DNA of 16,426 nt from Trichormus sp. ATA11-4-KO1 (GTDB lineage Bacteria > Cyanobacteriota > Cyanobacteriia > Cyanobacteriales > Nostocaceae). Below are positions 8,454-16,426 of this stretch, one piece after another. Within the stretch, counting starts at the first letter, position 1. Each line of letters opens with the position of its first letter. A program made the position numbers and the translations under genes. Location of the stretch: assembly GCA_019358915.1 (NCBI GenBank), contig JAHHIM010000058.1, forward strand, positions 1 through 16,426, written 5' to 3'. The notes under the pieces are model-generated. The model was not told the origin of the DNA and did not search any database. It worked only from the letters and a program-made list of their open reading frames with translations.

Positions 8454-8507
8454 GATGATAGGGAGTTAATTATGCGGCTAGAACCACTGTATCAACAAGA
8501 CGGTTAA
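8454..8507 (+). repeat. Second copy of the internal RBS and start region of the Rpn-like gene (MRLEPLYQQDG*)
   Basis: 8454-8488 is identical to 8089-8123 over 35 bp, followed by synonymous differences (CTG TAT CAA vs CTT TAC CAG). Confidence 0.9.
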
Positions 8508-8852
8508 TCTCACTTTTTAAATTCAGGATTACCGCACCTAAAATTTGACTAAATAAAAGGTAGTAACAATACGAATTTATTGGGTACGGTTTCCCCTAAA
8601 ATGTCTAGCTCAAAAAGTGGGGTGATGCGCGGAGCGTGCTAGCGATCGCCTAAAGACAACTGGTACGTTGTAGACTTAAAATCCCACAAAGGTACGAAGA
8701 TTTATCACAACTGTCGTCTACTCAATCTCCATATACCTCCAAATCTGAGACAATAACAGTACAATATCCCGCAACTATGTCCAACAATTGAGAAGATTCT
8801 CAATCACTAGCTGGCAGTATTAATTATTTTGGATGAGTATAGGTAACGCCTA

Positions 8853-11800
8853 ATGATTACCATGACCGATTCTGAGGCTGATAACCAAAAACTACAAACC
8901 CAACTCGCCCAAGCATACCGTCAGCTACCACCACTAGAAGAAAAGATTGTCCAATTGTTCTCGGTAATTTACGAACCGATCAACAGAACTTCGTTCTTGG
9001 AATGTTTCAATTACATCGGTGCGCGTGATAAAAATCACAAATCTTTCACTAACCCTACATTAAAGCCCTATATCGATGGATTGCTAGCAGCAGGCTTGCT
9101 GGTTCAAGAACACGGTCAAGGGCCTCAGTGCCATCCTTTACTGGTAGAGATTGCTACTCGCTCGGCAGTAAAAGCCGGCTGTTTTGAATACATGGTCAAA
9201 GCAGTGCATGACAAGTTAGGAGTAAAAGCTCGTTGGCAAGATGGGCCACTGTATTTCCAGAGCAATCGCCAATTTATCAGAGAAGTCCGCATTGGTCTTT
9301 ACAGCCAGAACCTGAGTTTTATTAACAAACAGATTGAAGATTACAACAGATACAACAGCAAAGACAAGATATCCATAGAAAATATCTTCGAGCAGATTTG
9401 CACTAACCCATTCGATGCCGATTGGTTTCGCACCCTGCCACCAGAATTGTATGACAACTGCATATCTATCATCCTAATCAACGCCGCGCTCTTATGTTCT
9501 CCCGCAGATGAAGCCTTTGCCCTACTGCAAGAAGAATGCACTACAGGAGGCGAACATTCCTCAGATTACTTGCACATCATTTTGACCGAACAACTGTTGC
9601 TGAGGGGTTGTATCCAAGAAGCACAAGAGAGTTTGGAGTGCATATCCGAAGATTATCGAGATAACGCGTTTGTATACAAGGGTTGGTTGAGTTTTTTACT
9701 CGGTGATAATCAGCAAGCGATCGCAGATTACACTACTGGTCTCAAAGCCCTCAAAAAAGCCACAGGCAAGCGTCAAGTGTATTTTAGCACTATGGGCGGC
9801 TTGTTTTTTATCTTGGCACTAATCAAAGATGGTTCGCGGGACAGTCTCCAAGAAGCACTCGATTACACCAGTCTGCTTGCACGTCAGTCAGACCATTGGC
9901 TGAGGTCGATTTATGCACAGTTGAAAATCTTGCTGCAAGTTCAATTAGGCGACATCGCTCAAAAAGAATTCATCATCAGCAACCGCATTCTATTCCCAGA
10001 AGAACACAACAGCCTAGAAACCCTGTTTTTCGCTCTGTGCCATTACTGGGTAGATGCCGACAGAGCCAAAAAGCACCTGCCCAGGTTGTTAGAGGAATTC
10101 TACCAACAAGCTGTAGCATCTGGTTATCACTGGTTGGCGATGGAGAGTGCAGAACTCTTGTCCCGACTCAAACCGAATAGTAGCTATGAAACCCAAGCAG
10201 AAATCCTGGGCGAAGATATCGGTATAGACAGCATCGTTGACGTGATGCAGCCACAAGAACCTTGGGAGATGTGCTTAAACGCACTCTCCAATCTCCAGAA
10301 GGAACCCCAAGCAGCTGTAAAAGCTGAAGCAGAACTGCGCTTGGCATGGTTTATTACTTTCTACCCCAGCAAATGTGTCTTACAACCCCGCGAGCAAAAA
10401 GTTAACGCCAAAGGCGAGTGGAGTAAAGGTCGCCCGATAGCTATCAAGCGTTTAAGCGGAAATCTGGGTGAGTTTGATTATCTCACACCCCAGGATATCC
10501 GGGTATGTGGCTGCATTGAAACATTTACGAACTACGACTACGGTTATCACGGCAAAACCGAGTATACCTTCAGCGCCAAGGCAATCTCTGCATTAATTGG
10601 ACACCCCTTGGTATTTTGGGAAGATGCACCAACCACCCGCGTAGAAATTGTCAAGGGAGAACCAGAACTAATTGTTAAAAAAGGCAGACGAGATCGCTTA
10701 ATTTTGGAATTTTCTCCCAAACTAGAACCATCACAGAATATCCTCGCTGTCAAAGAAACCCCAACCCGCATCAAGGTAATTGAAATTACTGCCCAACACC
10801 GACGCATCGCGGAGATTATCGGTAAGGAAAATCGACTCAACGTACCCGCAACTGCCGAGAAACAAGTCTTGGCAGCCATCAATGCTGTCTCTGGCATTGT
10901 CACAGTGCATTCTGATATTGGTGGCGGACTGGAAGGAGCAGAAGAAGTACCAGCCCAGACTATACCCCATATTCACCTGTTGCCTGCCAATGCTGGATTG
11001 AAAATATCTGTGCTATCTCGTCCCTTTGCCCAAGGTGGCCCCTACTACCGTCCTGGCACAGGGGGTGAGACTGTGATTGCAGAGATAGACGGTAAGCGTC
11101 TGCAAACTAGACGTAATTTGCATGAAGAAAAGCAACTTGCCAATGCCGCTATAGCAGCCTGTCCTACCTTAACTCGGGCTGAAGAACAAGATAGGGAATG
11201 GCTCCTAGAAGACCCAGAAGACTGTTTAGAACTGCTGCTAGAACTGCAAGCATTAGGGGACACAGTGGTGCTGGAATGGCCGGAAGGAGAAAAACTGCGT
11301 GTCAAGCACCAAGCCGACTTGAAAGATTTTCAGATGTCCATTCAACGCCAGCAAGATTGGTTTGCAGCTACTGGCGAGTTGAAACTGGATAAAGACCTCG
11401 TGCTGGATATGCAGCAACTATTAGAACTCTTGGATAAAACCCCCAGTCGTTTTATCCCCCTGGGAGATGGTCAATTTTTGGCTTTAACCCAAGCTTTTCG
11501 CAAACGTCTTGATGAATTGCGATCGTTTTCAGAAAAGCACAGTAAAGGTATCCGCTTTCATCCCTTAGCAACATTAGGCTTAGAGGATTTTGTCGATGAG
11601 GTAGGCAAGGTAAAAGCAGACAAACACTGGAAAGCACATATCCAGCGTCTGAAGGAAGTGCAAAGCCTGCAACCGGAACTCCCTTCGACGTTTCAAGCAG
11701 AACTGCGCGACTACCAAAGGTCAGGATTCAATTGGCTAGCGAGGCTAGCACATTGGGGTGTGGGAGCTTGTTTAGCAGACCAAATGGGACTCGGTAAGAC

Positions 11801-13100
11801 CGTGCAGGCATTGGCTGTTATCCTGATGCGTGCCCATGAGGGGCCAACCCTAATTATTGCCCCAACTTCCGTGTGCATGAATTGGGTGAGTGAAGCCCAG
11901 AAGTTCGCTCCTACTCTTAATATCGTGCAATTTGGTGGGAGCGTTCGCGAAGCGTCGCCTACGGCGAGTCGCCAAAAATTACTATCTGCCTTACAACCCT
12001 TTGATATGCTGGTGTGCAGCTATGGTTTATTACAGCAAGAAGAAGTATCGCAAATGCTTTCCCAGGTACAGTGGCAAACGATTGTGCTGGATGAAGCCCA
12101 AGCAATCAAAAATATGACCACTAAACGTTCCCAAGCAGCGATGAACCTCAAAGGTGGTTTCAAGCTGATTACTACCGGCACGCCGATTGAAAACCACCTC
12201 GGCGAATTGTGGAATTTGTTCCGCTTTATCAATCCTGGGCTACTGGGTTCATATGAAAGCTTCAATCAACGCTTTGCTATCCCCATTGAGAAATTTCAGG
12301 ATAAACAAGTACGCAGTAAACTGAAAAAACTCATTCAACCATTTCTGTTGCGTCGCCTGAAAAATCAGGTGCTAGAAGAGTTACCCTCCCGCACCGAAAT
12401 TCTGTTGCACGTAGAGTTGAGTCGGGAGGAAATGGCATTCTATGAAGCGTTGCGCCGTGAGGCAATATCTAAACTGACTGACAGTGAGGCAACTGCTGGT
12501 CAGAAACATCTGCAAGTGCTGGCAGAAATTATGAGACTGCGGCGGGCTTGCTGTAATCCTAGTCTGGTGATGCCTGACACTGAACTATCCAGCGCGAAGC
12601 TGCAACTTTTTGCTGAGGTGCTGGGAGATTTACTAGAGAATCGTCATAAGGCTTTGGTGTTTAGTCAGTTTGTTGACCATCTGCACATCATCCGTAATTA
12701 TCTGGATAAGCAAGGTATTAATTATCAATATTTAGATGGCAGTACCCCCGCTCCAGAACGGAAAAAACGGGTGGATGCTTTTCAGGCTGGTTCAGGTGAT
12801 GTATTTTTGATTAGCCTCAAGGCGGGGGGTACGGGACTCAATCTCACCGCCGCCGATTACGTCATCCACATGGACCCCTGGTGGAATCCCGCCGTTGAAG
12901 ACCAAGCCTCCGATCGCGCCCATCGCATCGGTCAACAACGCCCGGTGACTATTTATCGCTTAGTCGCGAAAGATACTATTGAAGATAAGATTGTGGATTT
13001 GCATCACCACAAGCGAGATTTGGCAGACAGCCTGCTGGAAGGTACTGATATTAGTGGCAAGATATCTACAAAGGCGTTACTGGAGTTGATTGGCGTATAA
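8853..13100 (+). CDS. SNF2-family (DEAD/DEAH-box) helicase with long helical/TPR-like N-terminus
   Basis: LRDYQ, ADQMGLGKT, LDEAQ, TGTPIEN, LVFSQF, ISLKAGGTGLNL, DPWWNP and DRAHRIGQ motifs. Confidence 0.95.
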   Translation: MITMTDSEADNQKLQTQLAQAYRQLPPLEEKIVQLFSVIYEPINRTSFLECFNYIGARDKNHKSFTNPTLKPYIDGLLAAGLLVQEHGQGPQCHPLLVEIATRSAVKAGCFEYMVKAVHDKLGVKARWQDGPLYFQSNRQFIREVRIGLYSQNLSFINKQIEDYNRYNSKDKISIENIFEQICTNPFDADWFRTLPPELYDNCISIILINAALLCSPADEAFALLQEECTTGGEHSSDYLHIILTEQLLLRGCIQEAQESLECISEDYRDNAFVYKGWLSFLLGDNQQAIADYTTGLKALKKATGKRQVYFSTMGGLFFILALIKDGSRDSLQEALDYTSLLARQSDHWLRSIYAQLKILLQVQLGDIAQKEFIISNRILFPEEHNSLETLFFALCHYWVDADRAKKHLPRLLEEFYQQAVASGYHWLAMESAELLSRLKPNSSYETQAEILGEDIGIDSIVDVMQPQEPWEMCLNALSNLQKEPQAAVKAEAELRLAWFITFYPSKCVLQPREQKVNAKGEWSKGRPIAIKRLSGNLGEFDYLTPQDIRVCGCIETFTNYDYGYHGKTEYTFSAKAISALIGHPLVFWEDAPTTRVEIVKGEPELIVKKGRRDRLILEFSPKLEPSQNILAVKETPTRIKVIEITAQHRRIAEIIGKENRLNVPATAEKQVLAAINAVSGIVTVHSDIGGGLEGAEEVPAQTIPHIHLLPANAGLKISVLSRPFAQGGPYYRPGTGGETVIAEIDGKRLQTRRNLHEEKQLANAAIAACPTLTRAEEQDREWLLEDPEDCLELLLELQALGDTVVLEWPEGEKLRVKHQADLKDFQMSIQRQQDWFAATGELKLDKDLVLDMQQLLELLDKTPSRFIPLGDGQFLALTQAFRKRLDELRSFSEKHSKGIRFHPLATLGLEDFVDEVGKVKADKHWKAHIQRLKEVQSLQPELPSTFQAELRDYQRSGFNWLARLAHWGVGACLADQMGLGKTVQALAVILMRAHEGPTLIIAPTSVCMNWVSEAQKFAPTLNIVQFGGSVREASPTASRQKLLSALQPFDMLVCSYGLLQQEEVSQMLSQVQWQTIVLDEAQAIKNMTTKRSQAAMNLKGGFKLITTGTPIENHLGELWNLFRFINPGLLGSYESFNQRFAIPIEKFQDKQVRSKLKKLIQPFLLRRLKNQVLEELPSRTEILLHVELSREEMAFYEALRREAISKLTDSEATAGQKHLQVLAEIMRLRRACCNPSLVMPDTELSSAKLQLFAEVLGDLLENRHKALVFSQFVDHLHIIRNYLDKQGINYQYLDGSTPAPERKKRVDAFQAGSGDVFLISLKAGGTGLNLTAADYVIHMDPWWNPAVEDQASDRAHRIGQQRPVTIYRLVAKDTIEDKIVDLHHHKRDLADSLLEGTDISGKISTKALLELIGV
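11940..11967. repeat. Small dispersed repeat (SDR-like) inserted in frame in the helicase
   Basis: AGCGTTCGCGAAGCGTCGCCTACGGCGA contains the hairpin TCGCC-tac-GGCGA and resembles CGTTCGCGTAGCGT (13966) and CGCGAAGCGTC (about 14057). Confidence 0.75.
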
Positions 13101-13143
13101 CTGAGAATTGGTTGTAGGAGAAGACAATAGAGAATTTTATCAA

Positions 13144-13206
13144 GTGCGACGATGCTCCGCCCCGCCTAATAGAGCGATGGCGTAACCGCCCGCCGGAGGC
13201 AATCGC
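13144..13206. repeat. HIP1-associated small dispersed repeats
   Basis: GCGATGGCGTAACCGCCCGCCGGAGGCAATCGC is a GC-rich unit bounded by HIP1-like ends; a similar short unit lies at 8622-8649. Confidence 0.55.
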
Positions 13207-13297
13207 TTTTTCCCCCTTCAAACTAAAAACAGTACCGGGGTTGAAAATTTTAAGCAAAAACGAACAACATCATACTCGAGATCACTTGCCTCATCAT

Positions 13298-13489
13298 ATT
13301 TTTCCAGCCTTTGTTATCATCCCACCAGGGATGCTGGGTTAATTTTGATGCAGATGTTGGAGGAGAAGGTTGCATTTGTTCAGAGTGAAGACTAACCATT
13401 AAGTAGGCACTACAAACAATCTCCCACCAACGTTCAATATCTTGATAGCGAGTAAAACGATAATCTGCCCAACCTAATTCATCTTTACA
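13298..13489 (-). mobile_element. IS701-family transposase internal/C-terminal fragment
   Basis: CKDELGWADYRFTRYQDIERWWEIVCSAYLMVSLH...HPWWDDNKGWKN. Confidence 0.85.
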
Positions 13490-13574
13490 TCGCTGTAGCA
13501 GTCAAACAAACAAGACGTTCTGCGGGTCGTGGGAGTATAATTTCTTTACCAGTGCTATCATCTGCTTTATACAT
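13485..13574 (-). pseudogene. N-terminal fragment of an iron-siderophore/B12-type ABC substrate-binding protein
   Basis: MYKADDSTGKEIILPRPAERLVCLTATAM* matches the D..G..I.LP.PAER.V.L pattern and is cut at the IS701 fragment. Confidence 0.6.
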
Positions 13575-13682
13575 TTGAGATTTATTTAGCCAAAAATCAT
13601 CTTGTGACCGAAAAAAATTCACTTATAGCCGAGCATTTTATCAGGATAAATTAACAATCTAGGCTTAGGTAAAAAATCATGG

Positions 13683-13850
13683 TTTGGAAGTATGGTATTG
13701 GGATTACTGGTTTCATCTCTTGCACCCAATCAAAGTGTCGCTCCCCTACTTACAATTTTGGTATTAGTGCCGCAGGTAGTCTTTGGTGGAGGCATACTCC
13801 CAGTCAGCGAATTCAAAGATAGTGGGAAAACTCTCAATCAGCTGATGATG
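13683..13850 (+). pseudogene. ABC-2 type transporter membrane-domain fragment
   Basis: MVLGLLVSSLAPNQSVAPLLTILVLVPQVVFGGGILP; the rest of ORF 13692..13976 looks unrelated. Confidence 0.7.
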
Positions 13851-13965
13851 ATGAGTTGGCTGCAAATGACTTTCCTGATTGGGGCGGTAAGCGGAGCCAT
13901 GCCGTCAGGCTTATCGCTATACTATTATATGACTTACGCAAAATTTGCCAAAAAGCTTAATTTAT

Positions 13966-14130
13966 CGTTCGCGTAGCGTGCGCGCAGCGATGCCCGCAAG
14001 GGCTGTAGAACGCCTTCTCTACGAGAGACTACGTGTAGCTTGCTTCCTGAAGGGTACGCGAAGCGTCTCGTAAAGCCCTGACGGGCATAGCTACGCTTAC
14101 CGCGTTAGCGTCTCCGAAGGAGAAGAGAAG
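13966..14130. repeat. Cluster of nested small dispersed repeats
   Basis: Multiple GC-rich mini-hairpins (GCCC-gcaa-GGGC, TCTCT-acg-AGAGA, GCCC-tgac-GGGC, TCTCC-gaa-GGAGA) and a recurring CGCG(T/A)AGCGT motif. Confidence 0.8.
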
Positions 14131-14255
14131 AATTCATAGAGTGTGCGTAAGTCCTATATTATTTCTGTGTCAGTCAGCCAAAGGATGAAAATGCGTCTGG
14201 TTGATTCCAGAAGCATCGTGTTTTGTACTTGTCTTTGAACGAGTTCAACATTTAC

Positions 14256-14275
14256 TAGAACGATTGTACTATAAT
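14256..14275 (+). promoter_or_regulatory. LexA-like box overlapping a TATAAT -10 element
   Basis: TAGAAC-gatt-GTACTA at 14256-14271; TATAAT at 14270-14275, 66 bp before the AIPR ATG. Confidence 0.6.
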
Positions 14276-14341
14276 CACCAATCCTATCAAAGACATGCCG
14301 CAGCGCTAATATTAAATTTTGCTTCTACCAAACAATAACCT

Positions 14342-15541
14342 ATGTCAAAAATCTGGATTCTCAAGATAGACAATTATTTTAATGCCAACCCGCACTGCAT
14401 TATTGCTACTGCCCACATTGACAAATTCCCTACTGATTTACCCTTAGAACCCAACATCCGCGAACCTAACAAGAGAAGTGCGACGTACCGACAAATTTTT
14501 GATTCGTTGACGACTCAACCCGAAAAATTCTTTGAGCGCCATAGTGGTATCGTCCTCTGTGCAAATAAAGTTAAGCCCAACAAAAAAACTGAACTAGAAC
14601 TAGAGATACTGGAAGCTTCTGAGGGTGGCAGCGATGGCATTATCAATGGCGGCCACACAGTTTTAGCCTTTGAACAAGCTAGGAATTATAACTACGACCT
14701 CAGCTTTGCTAGAGTCAAAGTCACCATTCATATTGGTTTAAATGAAGCAGAAGCCAAAGATATCGCTCTTGCTTCTAATACCACTTCCCCTGTGGATTCT
14801 CGCTCTAAAGTCAATGCCAAGGGTGATTACGATTTTATTAAACAGTATTTAGCTAAGTTAGAACGCAAAGAAGATAGGAAATTCCGCATCGCTTACTATC
14901 AGAACCAAAGCGGCGCTCCTAGAAATGCCCAGTGTAATGTGACTCACCTGTTCAAGTTGATTAATTGCTTGGATAGAAATCGGTATAACCCGGACGGAAA
15001 CAAAAGAACCAAACATCCTACAGGTACAAATACACCCAGCCACATTACAGATGCTGAAAGGGAAAGATTGACAAAGTTACTTCCTCTACTGAGTAATGCC
15101 CTGTGGATTGAGCAACGACTCTACGAAATCGTCCAAGAGCATATCAGTAACCCCAGAAGAAAGGGTGTAAATGACCTCGCATCAATCGATACTCGCAAAA
15201 ACACTCTGCTGCCCGATAGCAAGTACTCGTTTGGCTTCGGTGCGCCAACTGATTTAGCATTGCCCATCATTGCATCTTATCGGGTGTTCTTGGATGAACA
15301 GTATAACTGGATTATCCCTTTTAATGAGTTTGCTGAAAACTTTCTTCAACATCTATGGGGGAATTATTACCGGAAGTATCTCGTATCGGAGAAATTGGCA
15401 GGGAATACAGTGGGAACTAAAATCTGCCGCAATCAAGAAATTTGGGAAAGCTTGTACATTTCTGCTCAGAGTTATCTCAATCAGCATTTAATGAAAATGG
15501 TTAATTCCAGTAAACCCCAAGAATTAACACTTAGCTCCTAG
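14342..15541 (+). CDS. AIPR family protein
   Basis: PNIR, IFDSL..QPEKFFERHSGIVL, IINGGHT and IALASNT motifs fit the AIPR (ParB-like) core. Confidence 0.85.
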   Translation: MSKIWILKIDNYFNANPHCIIATAHIDKFPTDLPLEPNIREPNKRSATYRQIFDSLTTQPEKFFERHSGIVLCANKVKPNKKTELELEILEASEGGSDGIINGGHTVLAFEQARNYNYDLSFARVKVTIHIGLNEAEAKDIALASNTTSPVDSRSKVNAKGDYDFIKQYLAKLERKEDRKFRIAYYQNQSGAPRNAQCNVTHLFKLINCLDRNRYNPDGNKRTKHPTGTNTPSHITDAERERLTKLLPLLSNALWIEQRLYEIVQEHISNPRRKGVNDLASIDTRKNTLLPDSKYSFGFGAPTDLALPIIASYRVFLDEQYNWIIPFNEFAENFLQHLWGNYYRKYLVSEKLAGNTVGTKICRNQEIWESLYISAQSYLNQHLMKMVNSSKPQELTLSS

Positions 15542-15648
15542 CTTAATGATTTAACAGAAGAAGAAATAGAATCGATGTTAAATACACAAGCGATCGCACT
15601 TTGCCATCTTTCTACATCTTCATCACTTGCCAAGTTCCGGACATCCTC

Positions 15649-15890
15649 ACCTGCGGCATTCGGGTTAATTACAGGTAAATTTTTTTGCTCGGCGGCAATT
15701 GGTTGTTCCTGCTTCTTCATAGGTTTTGACGAGAGCGATTGCGTCATTTTTGTGTAAGGATGTACCATGACTGGGTGAGTCCAATAAATCTAATCTCTCA
15801 AACGGGATAGTAACAGTCGTTACTTCACCAATTATTTCTGCCAAAATCACCCAGAACCAGGCTCAAATTCGGGCGAATAATGCACCATTG
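15649..15890 (-). mobile_element. IS110-family remnant: non-coding left end plus first 33 codons of the transposase
   Basis: ATG at 15747 gives MTQSLSSK...NLPVINPNAAG, broken where GIDIG (first RuvC Asp) is expected. The upstream region has stems; the left boundary is approximate. Confidence 0.65.
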
Positions 15891-15975
15891 CTTGTTTAGG
15901 CGATCGCTAATTTCAAAAACCGCTTTTATTTGCTTTTGTAACCAGAAACATGAATTGAGAATTACTATCGTAAAT

Positions 15976-16007
15976 ATACGAAGTATTCAAATTTGAATAC
16001 TTCGTAT
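15976..16007. repeat. Perfect 32-bp palindrome
   Basis: ATACGAAGTATTCAAATTTGAATACTTCGTAT equals its own reverse complement. Confidence 0.97.
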
Positions 16008-16033
16008 TCGTAGCCGATTCTAAGTCATGAGTC

Positions 16034-16327
16034 ATGTTATTTTGTATAAACCAGAACGCAACAGCTCTTGTTCGTATCCGGGAAGAACAAATGCGCCAGT
16101 ATCAAGAACAAATTCGTCTTACCCGTCGTTCTGCCGCTATCATGATGCTGATGAGGCGCGGTTGCCCGCAATCACCAGAATCGTTAAGTGTTATCACTGG
16201 CATTGAGGCGATCGCCACCACATTGGATAATATTCGTACTGGACTTACCAACTTCGACGGACAGTACATTGCGCCACCTAGTTGCGAACTCCACATCTAC
16301 AATAGACTCGTCCGGAATATGATTTAG
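16034..16327 (+). CDS. Hypothetical protein (97 aa)
   Basis: ORF bracketed by the palindrome upstream and a hairpin downstream; no recognised motif and no clear RBS. Confidence 0.5.
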   Translation: MLFCINQNATALVRIREEQMRQYQEQIRLTRRSAAIMMLMRRGCPQSPESLSVITGIEAIATTLDNIRTGLTNFDGQYIAPPSCELHIYNRLVRNMI

Positions 16328-16331
16328 GTAC

Positions 16332-16369
16332 AAAAAAGTGGTAGAAAGTAAAATTGACCCTCTACCACT
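16332..16369. terminator. Hairpin terminator, T-run on the minus strand, possibly bidirectional
   Basis: AGTGGTAGA (16337-16345) / TCTACCACT (16361-16369), preceded by an A-run. Confidence 0.5.
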
Positions 16370-16426
16370 ACTTAATTAAATGATTAGTATCTTTGATTAT
16401 ATACAAAAGTACCCCTCGCGTGCAAA

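Larger units (their letters stand above)
252..16215. repeat. HIP1 octamers GCGATCGC, dispersed
   Basis: Seen at 252, 826, 7154, 8642, 9717, 15590, 15900 and 16208; a cyanobacterial genome signature. Confidence 0.9.

Noticed and set aside
8089..8507. Possible diversity-generating retroelement template/variable repeat pair
   Set aside because: The repeat is only about 48 bp, its three differences are synonymous and one or two do not involve adenine, and no reverse transcriptase is present in the window.
9341..12265. Short alternative-frame and antisense ORFs inside the SNF2 gene
   Set aside because: Fully nested shadows with no independent evidence.
13692..13976. Intact 94-aa membrane protein
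   Set aside because: Only the first ~50 aa resemble an ABC-2 permease segment; the remainder runs into unrelated and repeat DNA.
15996..16028. Functional loxP site
   Set aside because: The best alignment gives 10/13 and 9/13 arm matches with a 7-bp rather than 8-bp spacer; likely coincidental.
14858..16296. ORFs 14858..15043, 15270..15491, 15575..15757, 15665..15850 and 16102..16296
   Set aside because: They overlap better-supported features and lack motifs.

Overview
AT-rich cyanobacterial DNA, probably from a Nostocales plasmid or plasmid-derived island (at least 8 HIP1 GCGATCGC sites and Nostoc-type small dispersed repeats). The intact-looking genes encode a 230-aa hypothetical protein, a small HTH protein, a 78-aa conserved protein, an RHH-like protein paired with a tyrosine recombinase (with a dif-like site upstream), an Rpn-like PD-(D/E)XK protein, a 1415-aa SNF2 helicase, an AIPR protein and a 97-aa orphan. 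Between them is a mosaic of truncated fragments: a secreted plasmid protein fused in frame to an IS1380 transposase, a 5'-truncated family A DNA polymerase with a 21-bp tandem expansion, a TA-flanked MITE, the right end of an IS200/IS605 tnpB element, and pieces of HU, IS701, two ABC-transporter genes and IS110. The most interesting signals are an internal RBS+ATG in the Rpn-like gene with a second orphan copy downstream, a LexA-like box on the AIPR -10 element, possible orphan guide-RNA-bearing IS ends (TnpB omega RNA, IS110 left end), beta-clamp-like motifs in two neighbouring proteins, and a perfect 32-bp palindrome. All family assignments come from motif recognition, not database searches.
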